A stretch of DNA of 64,000 nt from Desulfobacterales bacterium (GTDB taxonomy: Bacteria > Desulfobacterota > Desulfobacteria > Desulfobacterales > UBA2245): assembly GCA_040771865.1 (NCBI GenBank), contig JAXGZF010000010.1, positions 1 through 64,000 on the forward strand. Reading direction: 5' to 3'. The position numbers were made by a program, and so were the translations under genes. Shown here in pieces: positions 28,717 through 38,765 of this stretch; within the stretch, counting starts at the first letter, position 1; each line of letters begins with the position of its first letter. Under the pieces are notes generated by a model. The model had not been told where the DNA came from and made no database searches. It saw nothing but the letters and a program-made list of their open reading frames with translations.

Positions 28717-30623
28717 GCCGGTCCTCTGTAAACGCTTTTGAACTCCGACTTTCGAACCATCAATTCCGCAGCACGAACGATTCCATCCGCATCGATGCCG
28801 TATTTGGCGCGAAGAACCTTGGATGGTCCGTGTTCAACAAAGGTGTCCTGAATGCCGATGCGCCTGATCCGGCAGCCATTTATCTCATGATCTGCCAGAC
28901 ATTCAAGTACCGCGCTGCCGAATCCACCCTGCAACACATGATCCTCGACAGTTATGATACTGGAAATCTTACGGGCTAGCCGAATGATGAGTTCGGCATC
29001 CAGCGGTTTGACAAAACGGCAGTCAACAAGGGTCGGATGAATATTTTGCCTAACGAGCAGGTCTCGGGCCTTTAGAGCTTCGCACACCCCGTGTCCGATG
29101 GCCAGTATCAAAAGATCGTCGCCGGTTTCCAGCACCTCTGCCTGACCGATGGGAACCGGTTGAATATTTTCATCCAAGCCAACTCCAATTGCTGCTCCTC
29201 GGGGATATCGCAAAGCGATGGGTCCGTTGTGTGAAAAGGCGGTTGCCAGCATGCGGACGAGTTCGTTTTCGTTTCTGGGCGCCATGATCGTCATGTTGGG
29301 AATGCTGCGAAGGTACGTAAAATCAAACGATCCATGATGAGTGGCCCCGTCTTCTCCTACGATGCCTCCCCGATCGATTGCAAAAATAACTGGCAGCGAA
29401 TCAAGGCATACATCCTCTATAATCTGATCGTAGGCCCGCTGAAGGAAGGTCGAGTAGATTGCAACCACAGGCCGAAAGCCTTCTGAAGCCATTCCGGCGG
29501 CAAAACTGACTCCGTGCTGCTCGGCGATGCCAACGTCAAAAAAACGATCCGGATATCTTTCGGCAAATTCCGCCAGTCCGGTGCCTTCCGGCATGGCGGC
29601 GGTAACGGCAATAATCTTTTCATTTTTGGCGGCAAATTGAACCATCGCCTGGCCGAAGACCTCGGCATAGGTTGGCATATGGCCGGACTTTTTGATGCTG
29701 TTTCCGGTTTCGACCTCAAAACAGCCCACCCCGTGAAAGAACACGGGATTTTTTTCTGCGGGCGGATACCCCTTTCCCTTTCGGGTGACGACATGAAGAA
29801 GCACCGGTTTCCGCAGCGTCTTGATATTTTCCAGAATATCGATCAGATGGGGGAGTTTGTGGCCGTTGATCGGCCCGAAATACTCGAAATTCAGTGCTTC
29901 GAAAAGCATTCCCGGGGTGATGAAGGTTTTAAAAGACTCTTCCGCCTTTTTGGCGAACTGGTAGATATCGTCTCCGAACTTCGGCACTGACTTGAGAAAG
30001 TCTCCGAGTTCCGTTCGAAAATTCTGAAGGTATTTTGCGGAAAACTTGCGGCTCAAAAAAGAGGATAATGACCCGACATTGTGGGCAATAGCCATGTCGT
30101 TGTCGTTGAGAATGACGACTATGTCTTCTTTTCGGCAGTCTCCGGCTTTATTTAGGCCTTCAAAGGCGACCCCTCCGGTTAAGGATCCATCTCCGATGAT
30201 GCTGATCACTTTTGCGGAGTCGTTTTTCAGCCGCTTGGCGCAGGCAATTCCCAGTCCGGCCGAAATGGATGTGCTGCTGTGCCCGGACGAAAAAGCGTCG
30301 TAGGGGCTTTCGCTGATTCTGGTGAATCCGCAGACGCCATTGTGCTGGCGCAGCGTGTGAAATCGATCCTTGCGGCCGGTCAGAATCTTGTGCGCATAGG
30401 CCTGGTGCCCGACATCCCAGATGATTTTGTCCCGGGGGGCATTAAACACATAATGAACGGCCAGAGTCAGTTCTACAACGCCCAGGCTGGCCGAAAGATG
30501 GCCCCCGTTTTTAGACACCACTTCGACGATTATTCGGCGCAATTCTTCTGCCAGCGCCGGTAATCGATCCCGCCCTATCTTTTTCAGGTCGGCCGGAGAA
30601 TTGATCGTGTCCAGCAATTCCAA
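28713..30623 (-). CDS. dxs: 1-deoxy-D-xylulose-5-phosphate synthase
   Basis: GGHL, WDVGHQAY, GDGSLTGG, DVGIAEQH, DGATHHG. Confidence 0.98.
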   Translation of the reverse strand: MELLDTINSPADLKKIGRDRLPALAEELRRIIVEVVSKNGGHLSASLGVVELTLAVHYVFNAPRDKIIWDVGHQAYAHKILTGRKDRFHTLRQHNGVCGFTRISESPYDAFSSGHSSTSISAGLGIACAKRLKNDSAKVISIIGDGSLTGGVAFEGLNKAGDCRKEDIVVILNDNDMAIAHNVGSLSSFLSRKFSAKYLQNFRTELGDFLKSVPKFGDDIYQFAKKAEESFKTFITPGMLFEALNFEYFGPINGHKLPHLIDILENIKTLRKPVLLHVVTRKGKGYPPAEKNPVFFHGVGCFEVETGNSIKKSGHMPTYAEVFGQAMVQFAAKNEKIIAVTAAMPEGTGLAEFAERYPDRFFDVGIAEQHGVSFAAGMASEGFRPVVAIYSTFLQRAYDQIIEDVCLDSLPVIFAIDRGGIVGEDGATHHGSFDFTYLRSIPNMTIMAPRNENELVRMLATAFSHNGPIALRYPRGAAIGVGLDENIQPVPIGQAEVLETGDDLLILAIGHGVCEALKARDLLVRQNIHPTLVDCRFVKPLDAELIIRLARKISSIITVEDHVLQGGFGSAVLECLADHEINGCRIRRIGIQDTFVEHGPSKVLRAKYGIDADGIVRAAELMVRKSEFKSVYRGPA

Positions 30624-30646
30624 GGCGGTTGAACTCCTTTGGTAAT

Positions 30647-31537
30647 TTATTGATTCCGCTCGATAATGTATTGTGCAAGAGCTCGAAGCGGATCTGCTCT
30701 ATTATCAAAATAATCCAGAGCATTCAAGGCTTCATCTACAAGACGGCGGGAAAAAATTCTGGAATTTTCCAGTCCCAGCAGGGCCGGATAGGTGTTCTTG
30801 CTGCGATCCGCATCGGTTCCCACAGCCTTGCCCAATATGGCTGGATTTCCTTCAATGTTTAATATATCGTCAACAACCTGAAAGGCCAGCCCGATGCGTC
30901 TGGCGTATGTGCAAAGCTGTTCGATCTGATAAGAATCGGCGTCGCCCAGATAGGATCCCACATACACGGAAGCCTCGATCAGCGCGCCGGTTTTGAATCC
31001 ATGCAGGGTTTCCAGGGCATCCAGGTTCAGACGGGCGCCCTCCGAGGCCATATCCTGCATCTGGCCTTCGATCATTCCTTGAAATCCGGCGGCATGGGCG
31101 ATCGAGCGGATCACCTGAAGACGTTTAACAGCCAGATCAGGGGGGTCATTTGAAAATTTCGCTGACACCTCGAAGGCCAGGGTCAGCAGTGCGTCTCCGG
31201 CCAGTATGGCGGTGGCCTCATCAAATTTCATATGGCAGGTGGGCTGTCCCCGGCGAAGTTCATCGTTATCCATGGCTGGAAGGTCGTCGTGAATCAGGGA
31301 ATAGGTGTGAATCATCTCCAGGGCGCATGCCGCATCCATGACCTGTGAAACCAGACCTCCGACCGACTCGCATGCGGCCATGCACAAAATTGGTCGCAGA
31401 CGCTTTCCGCCGGCCATCAATGAGTATTCCATGGCCTGGCGGATAAGCCCGGTATGACCGGAATGATTCAGAATGCCGACCAGGGCATCGTTGATTATTG
31501 CGCGCCGGGTTCCCAAGTAGTCTCTCAGATCAAACAT
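30647..31537 (-). CDS. ispA: Farnesyl diphosphate synthase / polyprenyl synthetase
   Basis: GGKRLRP, HDDLPAMDND, FQVVDDIL. Confidence 0.95.
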   Translation of the reverse strand: MFDLRDYLGTRRAIINDALVGILNHSGHTGLIRQAMEYSLMAGGKRLRPILCMAACESVGGLVSQVMDAACALEMIHTYSLIHDDLPAMDNDELRRGQPTCHMKFDEATAILAGDALLTLAFEVSAKFSNDPPDLAVKRLQVIRSIAHAAGFQGMIEGQMQDMASEGARLNLDALETLHGFKTGALIEASVYVGSYLGDADSYQIEQLCTYARRIGLAFQVVDDILNIEGNPAILGKAVGTDADRSKNTYPALLGLENSRIFSRRLVDEALNALDYFDNRADPLRALAQYIIERNQ

Positions 31538-31573
31538 CGAACCTGCTTCAGCCTTTCAATAAACCGGAGTTGT

Positions 31574-31807
31574 TTAAGTTTCTTCGGAATCCAGAAAAGG
31601 TCTTTCCTCCAGGTTGCCGTCGATATCCTGCATCAGCAGCCGGACCCGGTTTTCGGTTTCATCCAGCTTTTTCGAGCAGAATTTGGAGAGCTGAACTCCC
31701 TGTTCGAATACCTTGAGTGCTTTTTCAAGGGGCAATTCAGGGTTTTCAAGCTCCTGGACGATCTTTTCAAGCTGAGACAGGGCGGATTCAAATGTTTTTG
31801 GAGTCAT
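31574..31807 (-). CDS. xseB: Exodeoxyribonuclease VII small subunit
   Basis: TFESALSQLEKIVQELE...LEKALKVFEQG. Confidence 0.95.
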   Translation of the reverse strand: MTPKTFESALSQLEKIVQELENPELPLEKALKVFEQGVQLSKFCSKKLDETENRVRLLMQDIDGNLEERPFLDSEET

Positions 31808-33170
31808 GATCCTGCTTTCCTTCCACGCGGCAAATCAGCGCACCTCTCGCCAGAGTGATATGCAATCTCTGATCGATCGCCACGAAATCGGCGTTTTTGA
31901 CGATGCCTCCATCGGGCATTGATCTGGTGATGCTGTAGCCGCGATTTAAAATCGACAGGGGGTTTAAGAGAAACAGCTTATCGAACAGCGCCGTAAATCG
32001 GAACCTATTGTTACTATAATTATTATTAAATGATTTTATTAGGTTGGATGTATTTTCATTAAGTTTTGTCTTAAGCTTAACGATCCGATGTATTGGATAA
32101 TTTTTATACAGAAGTTTTTCGTGCCATCGGAAGTGTTCACGCTCTCTTCTGATATGACTGTTGGCCATGTCCACATGCATGCGGTGGGTCAGATCAGCAA
32201 GCCGCAGACGAAAGTCCTGGATTCTTTTTTTGGGATGCGCCACACGGACTTTCAACTGATTCAATTGCAGGGCAAGATGGCTCAGGCAGTGCTGCATGGC
32301 AACAATCAATGATCGTTGAAGCGCACGAGAATGTATCTGCAATTCGGCTTTTACCGGAACGGCAAGTTCAGCGGCGGCCGAAGGCGTCGGCGCTCTCATA
32401 TCCGCGGTAAAATCCGAAATCGTCACATCGGTTTCATGACCCACGGCGGAAATTACCGGAATATCGGACTGGAATATTGCTCTGGCCACGGCTTCGGAAT
32501 TGAAGGCGTGCAGATCTTCCAGAGAACCGCCTCCACGGGCCAGAATAATCACCTCGGCCTCGGTTTTTGCATTGGCCAGATTTAAGGCCGATACAATTTC
32601 ATATTCAGCCCCTTCGCCTTGAACCCTTACCGGTATGATATCGATAGAAATGCCGGGAAATCTGCGGTTGACAATTCTCAATATGTCATGAACCACGGCG
32701 CCGGTCGGCGAGGTGATGATGCAGATTCTTCGCGGAAGAAACGGAATGGATTTTTTGCGGGCCTGATCAAAGAGGCCTTCTTCCTGCAGCTTGGTCTTAA
32801 GCTGCTCGAAAGCGATCTGAAGGGCGCCGATTCCGGCGGGTTCCAGGTATTCTATCAGAATCTGATACGATCCCCGGGGCGGATATACGCTGATGCGCCC
32901 AAGGCAGGTCACTTTCATTCCATCTTCAGGTCGAAATTTAAGTTGTCGATTCTGTCCGCGAAACATGATTGCAGAAACCTGGGCGTTCGCGTCTTTGAGC
33001 GTAAAATAGAGATGACCGGAAACCGGCATGCTGATATTGGATATTTCACCGCAAATCCAGATAAATGAAAATGATTCTTCAAGCAGGGCCTTAATTTCCT
33101 GAGTCAGCTCGGAAACCGTATAAATCCGGCCCCGCTGAATGGACTGCGCATTCAATTCTGCCACCTGCAT
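31788..33170 (-). CDS. xseA: Exodeoxyribonuclease VII large subunit
   Basis: SGHLYFTLKD, ARGGGSLEDL, SAVGHETD, PTPSAAAE, RGYSI. Confidence 0.97.
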   Translation of the reverse strand: MQVAELNAQSIQRGRIYTVSELTQEIKALLEESFSFIWICGEISNISMPVSGHLYFTLKDANAQVSAIMFRGQNRQLKFRPEDGMKVTCLGRISVYPPRGSYQILIEYLEPAGIGALQIAFEQLKTKLQEEGLFDQARKKSIPFLPRRICIITSPTGAVVHDILRIVNRRFPGISIDIIPVRVQGEGAEYEIVSALNLANAKTEAEVIILARGGGSLEDLHAFNSEAVARAIFQSDIPVISAVGHETDVTISDFTADMRAPTPSAAAELAVPVKAELQIHSRALQRSLIVAMQHCLSHLALQLNQLKVRVAHPKKRIQDFRLRLADLTHRMHVDMANSHIRREREHFRWHEKLLYKNYPIHRIVKLKTKLNENTSNLIKSFNNNYSNNRFRFTALFDKLFLLNPLSILNRGYSITRSMPDGGIVKNADFVAIDQRLHITLARGALICRVEGKQDHDSKNI

Positions 33171-33326
33171 TCAAGTGATATGAAAAAACATATATTCTTC
33201 ACGATACGTAAGGGTCTTTAGCTACCATAGAAGGCCCTTTGATTCAACGTCTGAATTTAAGTTTAATAAGGTCTGATAAGATATATTATGTAAACTAATT
33301 AATAGACGATGAAAGATGTGGATGCT

Positions 33327-33590
33327 TTATACTGTATTTTCGATGTATTCTCTTATGGCCGGCATCACGTAAATGCCGTCTAAAGGAAGCTTTTTCAGAA
33401 AAGACGCCAGCTGAACGCACTTCACCCGCATCGGCAGATGTTTGTCGAGAATATAGACGCTTTTTCCCCTTACCTTGCAAAAGCCGCTTTGAACCTTGAC
33501 GACGGGATTGGCAAGATTTTGCTCCGAAACCGTGATGTCGAATTTTTCCAATACTGCTTTAAGGAGCGGATAGCATTGTTCTGGCGTCAT
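33327..33590 (-). CDS. Small hypothetical protein
   Basis: ORF with plausible composition (SGFCKVRG...DGIYVMPAIRE); start uncertain (33590 or 33620). Confidence 0.55.
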   Translation of the reverse strand: MTPEQCYPLLKAVLEKFDITVSEQNLANPVVKVQSGFCKVRGKSVYILDKHLPMRVKCVQLASFLKKLPLDGIYVMPAIREYIENTV

Positions 33591-33718
33591 GACATCTATA
33601 CCGGTCAAAAATTCTTGCAATTATGATAAGGGCCTTATAAATTTAAAAACAATTTGTCGCAAATGCTTTTTTACAGACTCGGTTTTTTTTGTGAAATATT
33701 CTTCTTAAGGAGGAAATA

Positions 33719-34423
33719 ATGAACGCAGTACCCTTGAGGCAGACCTATGCCGAGGTTCAGGTCAGTGGATTTATTCGAAGTGTATACAACTGGATGGCCG
33801 TTGGACTTGGCCTGACCGGTTTGGTTGCTTATACTGTTGCCAACAGCGAAACGATGACAAGTCTGATTTATGGAAATCCCGTATTGTTTTATGGGCTGAT
33901 TATCGGTGAACTCGTGCTTGTTTTTTTTATCAGCGCGCGGGTGAACAAAATCAGCAGTTCCACGGCTACCGCGCTTTTCGTCTTGTATGCCGCGCTGAAT
34001 GGCATAACGCTTTCCTTTATTTTTCTGGTTTTTGCCAAAGCCACAATTGCTTCCACCTTCTTTATCTGCGCCGCCACCTTTGTTGCTTCAAGCATCTATG
34101 GAATGGCGACCAAAAGAGATTTAACCTCAGTTGGCGGCTTTATGATCATGGGCCTTTTTGGTATCATCATTGCCTCTGTTGTAAATATATTCATCAAAAG
34201 CTCCGCGATGAGCATGATTATCAGCTATATCGGCGTACTGGTTTTTGTCGGCCTGACGGCATACGACACACAGAAACTGAAAACCATGGCCATGACGCAG
34301 CCGGAAGGGCTTGAGGCCGGTGTGATTCGAAAAGGCGCCATCATGGGCGCCCTGTCTTTGTACCTGGATTTTATCAATCTCTTTCTGATGCTGCTGCACA
34401 TCCTGGGGGGGAATCGGGACTAA
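33719..34423 (+). CDS. Bax inhibitor-1/YccA family membrane protein
   Basis: VYNWM, AYDTQKLK, GALSLYLDFINLF; strong AAGGAGG RBS. Confidence 0.95.
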   Translation: MNAVPLRQTYAEVQVSGFIRSVYNWMAVGLGLTGLVAYTVANSETMTSLIYGNPVLFYGLIIGELVLVFFISARVNKISSSTATALFVLYAALNGITLSFIFLVFAKATIASTFFICAATFVASSIYGMATKRDLTSVGGFMIMGLFGIIIASVVNIFIKSSAMSMIISYIGVLVFVGLTAYDTQKLKTMAMTQPEGLEAGVIRKGAIMGALSLYLDFINLFLMLLHILGGNRD

Positions 34424-34530
34424 CGCCCCCAGAGGTGGTCCTTTTCGCAATCTGAAAATGCCCCGCTTGCTGATGAGAGCCGGTCTGACAAAACTGGAAA
34501 GCGACTTGGCGTCGTGTTGCTGAAAGCTTA

Positions 34531-35562
34531 TCAGGCCAGTAATTTCCAAAAAAGACTTTCATATTGACCCAGCACAAGATCAGGAGTGTAATTCTGAGAA
34601 AAAATCTGATGCGAAAAGGCAGCACGTTGTCTGGCTGAATCAGGATTCTGAATTCCGTTCAGGATTGCCATTGCCATATCTTCATGATCATCAATTTCAC
34701 AAAAGAAAGCGCTCTTTTCACAAAGAACTTCAAGCGGTCCCCTGGTGCGTGTAGAAATAATACAATTTCCACTGGCCATGGCCTCAAGGACAACGATACC
34801 AAAAGGTTCATTGCGTGATGGCAAAACAAAAAAAGGGGCCTTTTTTAAGAAATCTTCAACATTATCCACCCACCCGCAAAAATGGACAAGATCTAATACA
34901 TGCAAATTCGAAGAAAGCTTTTTGAAAGATTCAAGTTCAGCCCCCTCCCCACCCAGAAAAAGTTCAAGATCCACTCCTTTTTGTCTAAGCAGGGCTACGG
35001 CTCTGATCAAAACATCAAATCCCTTTTTTTGAACAAATCGGCCAAATGCAACAAGCTTTGGTATTGAAAAATCATGATGAGAGGGTGAAGTGTTTTGAAT
35101 TCGAGTAAAATGAGGAATTACCGTGATGTCTTTTTCAGAAACTCCATTTGATTTCAGATAAGAGGCCTGATGCTCCGTTCCGGGAACAAAATGATCGATA
35201 TGTTTATAATATTTTAATTTTATATAGTTATGAATATTTGCGATTATCGGCTTGAAACGCCCTCTTAACGCAGCTCCTGTAAGTGAGGCTGTGCGCGCTA
35301 GATGTGTATGAATAACTTCTGTATTAAAAGAGGAAATAAGCCTTCTCAGTTTCATTTCAGCAAATGGATTACGATCCCAGTGGCTGTTCACCGCTTCAAT
35401 GCAAATATCAGGACCCACATCCAACAAGGAAATTCCCTGAAAATCCTCAGGGCATATGGCAAGAATTTTGTGCCCTCTCATTGCCATTCCGTTGCAAATA
35501 TCTACAAAAAGACGTTCAGCGCCACCGAAACCTGAAGAAATGAGAACCTGTGAAACCCTCAT
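34531..35562 (-). CDS. Glycosyltransferase family 4
   Basis: GGAER, GRFVQKKGFD, PSRNEPFGIVVLEAMA; visibly AT-richer than its neighbours. Confidence 0.92.
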   Translation of the reverse strand: MRVSQVLISSGFGGAERLFVDICNGMAMRGHKILAICPEDFQGISLLDVGPDICIEAVNSHWDRNPFAEMKLRRLISSFNTEVIHTHLARTASLTGAALRGRFKPIIANIHNYIKLKYYKHIDHFVPGTEHQASYLKSNGVSEKDITVIPHFTRIQNTSPSHHDFSIPKLVAFGRFVQKKGFDVLIRAVALLRQKGVDLELFLGGEGAELESFKKLSSNLHVLDLVHFCGWVDNVEDFLKKAPFFVLPSRNEPFGIVVLEAMASGNCIISTRTRGPLEVLCEKSAFFCEIDDHEDMAMAILNGIQNPDSARQRAAFSHQIFSQNYTPDLVLGQYESLFWKLLA

Positions 35563-35644
35563 ATAATTTCCAATATCCAACTTTTTCGAATGTCCGGATG
35601 CCGCCTCATTTCCGACAGATTAACAGGATAAGTTACGACTTGTG

Positions 35645-36895
35645 TTACGTTGTATAAAAATTTGACAGCTCGTCGGAATGGGCGGTCATTCCGATTAATA
35701 CCAGAATATAAGCTACCAGTGTCAGGTACCAGCTATCGTAGATGTTAAATCCAGTCAATCCAAAAACAAACATGACAATCGGCAACGTCATCAGGCCCCA
35801 CCGCCATCCGTCTATTTTTTTGCACGTCATCTTAACGGAGTTTACAAAAAGCCAGCCGAATGTCGTCACGCCTAAAATCCCGGTCGTGGACATCAACATC
35901 AGAACCGTATTGTGTGAGTGAGACGCCCATGACAAATTAATCAATTTACCGTGGGGCGACAGATAGGCAATAGATCCAGAGGTTGAAATCGCCGTAAAAA
36001 CATCCTGAAAAGCGGATACTCCCACGCCGATCCATGGGTGATCTCGCCACATCATCAAGGATATCTTCCAAATATAAAAGCGGTAGTGCAGGCTGCTCAA
36101 ATCTTCCATTTTTCGAAAATGGAAAAAAATTACCACACAGGCGATCAAAAATATGCCAGTTCCCATTGCCGTCAGCCATGAAAATTGTTTTTTAACCCTG
36201 TATAATAAAACAGGGAATAGACCGGTCAGCATGGCAATGATTGCAGTCCGGATACGGAACTGAAAGGTTAGTGCCACCGCTATCAAACCGATAACTGTAA
36301 TGATCTGTTTTACTCTTGGAGTTAATCGTTTATCCATTAATGCCCAGGTCAGGGAAAAAGACGCGGCGTAAGCGCAAAGTCCTGTAATTCTTCCTGCTTC
36401 CTTGAGCTTTCTCGTATACCGAAGAACCAGTGGATTTCCGAGCAGATCAAATCCCATTATATAGGCACTGAGCGTGTTAATAGCGGATAGTACTACTCCG
36501 GCGGCCAATCCAAAGAGACAGTATCGAACCACAGGTCGACGACGGCTGGAATCGATCATAGCAAGAGCAAACAGGGGGAAACGTACAAAACTGACGTCAT
36601 GCGCCCATCCCTTACTGCCTTGTCCGTTTAATATCAGGCTGAGTGCGATGCATCCGAACCAGATCATCCAGGGTAATATTAGAGGATGCCGGATTAAATC
36701 CGGCAAAGGATTTTTCTTCGCAACAAAACAACGGCCGATCCAGAAGAGTCCAGTGGCGGCAATAAGGGTTTCAAAACCGATATTTCCAACTACCAACCCT
36801 ACCGGAATCAGGGCGCCGGTTACGCTGACAAGATCGTCAAGTCGCCGTTCTATATGCATTTTTTTGTTTGAAAGTGCTGCAATTTCTGGCATCAT
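35645..36895 (-). CDS. O-antigen ligase (Wzy_C) family membrane protein
   Basis: Multi-TM; R..IW....WRDHPWIGVG; HSHN...TTGILG. Confidence 0.85.
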   Translation of the reverse strand: MMPEIAALSNKKMHIERRLDDLVSVTGALIPVGLVVGNIGFETLIAATGLFWIGRCFVAKKNPLPDLIRHPLILPWMIWFGCIALSLILNGQGSKGWAHDVSFVRFPLFALAMIDSSRRRPVVRYCLFGLAAGVVLSAINTLSAYIMGFDLLGNPLVLRYTRKLKEAGRITGLCAYAASFSLTWALMDKRLTPRVKQIITVIGLIAVALTFQFRIRTAIIAMLTGLFPVLLYRVKKQFSWLTAMGTGIFLIACVVIFFHFRKMEDLSSLHYRFYIWKISLMMWRDHPWIGVGVSAFQDVFTAISTSGSIAYLSPHGKLINLSWASHSHNTVLMLMSTTGILGVTTFGWLFVNSVKMTCKKIDGWRWGLMTLPIVMFVFGLTGFNIYDSWYLTLVAYILVLIGMTAHSDELSNFYTT

Positions 36896-37109
36896 AGTCC
36901 GAATTGAAAAATCTAATTTGAAAATAAAATTTAAAACAGAGGTCGTATTTATACACTAAAATAAAGATTTTCAAAACGACAGATGGTAAAAGCAAAAAAT
37001 AATTGCGTGCTGCGAGTGGGGATATGCCCATGGAAAAAACGGGGATCTGTAAAGGCAAGCAAGTGCGGCAACCGGGGAATCGTCAAATTGCGTTTGAATG
37101 AGAAATAAG

Positions 37110-37157
37110 AGGCGGCCTTTTCTATTTACCGCATGCTGATAAATGAATCGGCCGCCT
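37110..37157 (-). terminator. Putative terminator after comEA
   Basis: AGGCGGCC...GGCCGCCT stem with a weak U-tract. Confidence 0.4.
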
Positions 37158-37180
37158 GTAGAGCTATTAGGATAGCTGTT

Positions 37181-37501
37181 TTATTTTTTTGTTGATTTGG
37201 AGCCTTTTTCAGCGGTTTCTCCGACAATGATCCTGTCTTTGTTGAGTTCCCAGATCTTTGGCCCGATGCCCTGCACTTTCATGATATCCTCGGGAGTTTT
37301 GAACATTCCATTCTCATTTCGGTAGGCCACAATTCTTTCGGCATATTTATCCCCGACCTTGTCGAGCTGGGTCAGCTCCTCAACCGTTGCCGTATTGATA
37401 TTGATCTTGGTGCTTTCTTCGGCAAACAATACCCCGCTCATTACGACTCCCAGTATTGCAGCAGCGCAGAACAACTTTAAGATCAAATGGTACTTTTTCA
37501 T
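37181..37501 (-). CDS. comEA: ComEA family helix-hairpin-helix DNA-binding protein
   Basis: Signal peptide; KININTAT.EEL..L..VG...AERI..YR...G.F....DI..V.GIG. Confidence 0.92.
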   Translation of the reverse strand: MKKYHLILKLFCAAAILGVVMSGVLFAEESTKININTATVEELTQLDKVGDKYAERIVAYRNENGMFKTPEDIMKVQGIGPKIWELNKDRIIVGETAEKGSKSTKK

Positions 37502-37619
37502 GTTTTCCTCCTGACTTCAGGTGTTTATAAAACGACGCCGAATTTTTTAACCCTTTCATGGCGTCCGACATCAGCAACAAAAAGTAAAAAAGATTTGTTC
37601 ATTTTAAATCGTTCGCCAA

Positions 37620-37952
37620 TTAATTCTCGGCAGCTGCCTCCGGTACTTCATCATCCACGACGATTCGATCCTTATTCAGTTCCCAGGCTCTCGGACCAAT
37701 CCCCGGAACATTGATAATGTCTTCCGGCGATAGAAAGGGACCATGTTCGTTGCGATAGGCTATGATCCGCCGGGCGTGTTTAAGCGTCACGCCTCTGAGT
37801 TTCACAAAATCCGTGAACGAAGCGGTATTAATATTGATTTTTTCCTTCGAACCCGAACCGCTTTCAGCGTTTTCCGCCTGAATGGACGGGATGAAAACCA
37901 ACAAAACAGCGGTCATGCACAAGGTGATCAGAAATAGTTTTTTAAGACTCAT
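37620..37952 (-). CDS. comEA: Second ComEA family HhH protein
   Basis: Signal peptide; KININTAS, GPFLSPEDIINVPGIG; AAGGAGG RBS before ATG 37952. Confidence 0.88.
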   Translation of the reverse strand: MSLKKLFLITLCMTAVLLVFIPSIQAENAESGSGSKEKININTASFTDFVKLRGVTLKHARRIIAYRNEHGPFLSPEDIINVPGIGPRAWELNKDRIVVDDEVPEAAAEN

Positions 37953-38252
37953 TTTTTCCTCCTTGTCGGTTGCAGACATAAAAATTATTCCACATAACAT
38001 TGGCAGAGTATAGAAAAACCGCCCCAAGACAACTCTTTGTCATCAGCATATTGATTGCGCCAATTATAAACGTAGAATAAACCATGTCTACGAATTTTTC
38101 GCGACAACTTTTGGAACAAACACTTAAATAAACGTACGGAGGTTCTAAAGAAAAGGCCTTTATATTATCGGCCTATAACGAACACCGGCCGGCAGGTCGC
38201 GGCATCGGCTGGAACAGTGAAATTTAATTATTAGAGATTTTCTGTGAAAAGG

Positions 38253-38765
38253 TCAAGTTAAAATTTTTTCGAAGCTTTCAACCATGTTTTGAAAATCTTC
38301 AATCCCCTTTTCATCGACGATTTTTAATCTGCGAACCATCTCAAGGTTCACCAGGGCAAATATGCCGGTAGCCCGGCAAGACAGCTGATCGTTTTCGTTA
38401 AAAATAAGCCCTTCCAGGGTCGCTTTTCGCTTGTTGACTTCAATCATTCTTGCCTCTGCCCGCAACCGTCGGCCGACGGCAACGGGATTCTTAAAATCCA
38501 CGGCAATGGATTGCGTCAATATAAATGAACGCATCATGTAAATCGCCGTCCAGCTCATGATCTCGTCGAGAATGGTGGACAGCACCCCGCCATGCGCCAG
38601 ATTGTTCCATCCGCACAGGTGTTCCGGAATGGTGAGCCAGGAAAACAGAGACTTTTCATCGGTATAAAACCGCATTTTCAGGCCGTGTGGATTTGAGGGG
38701 CTGCAGGCAAAACATCGATGCGTCTGTCTGACCGGCAATGGTTTATAAGCGGGGTTAATAATCAT
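38253..38765 (-). CDS. PaaI family hotdog thioesterase
   Basis: CFACS..NPHGL, HGGVLSTILDE; overlaps the tyrA stop. Confidence 0.88.
   Translation of the reverse strand: MIINPAYKPLPVRQTHRCFACSPSNPHGLKMRFYTDEKSLFSWLTIPEHLCGWNNLAHGGVLSTILDEIMSWTAIYMMRSFILTQSIAVDFKNPVAVGRRLRAEARMIEVNKRKATLEGLIFNENDQLSCRATGIFALVNLEMVRRLKIVDEKGIEDFQNMVESFEKILT

Noticed and set aside
33689..33706. Rex-like site TTGTGAAATATT upstream of the BI-1 gene
   Set aside because: Only the left half-site matches
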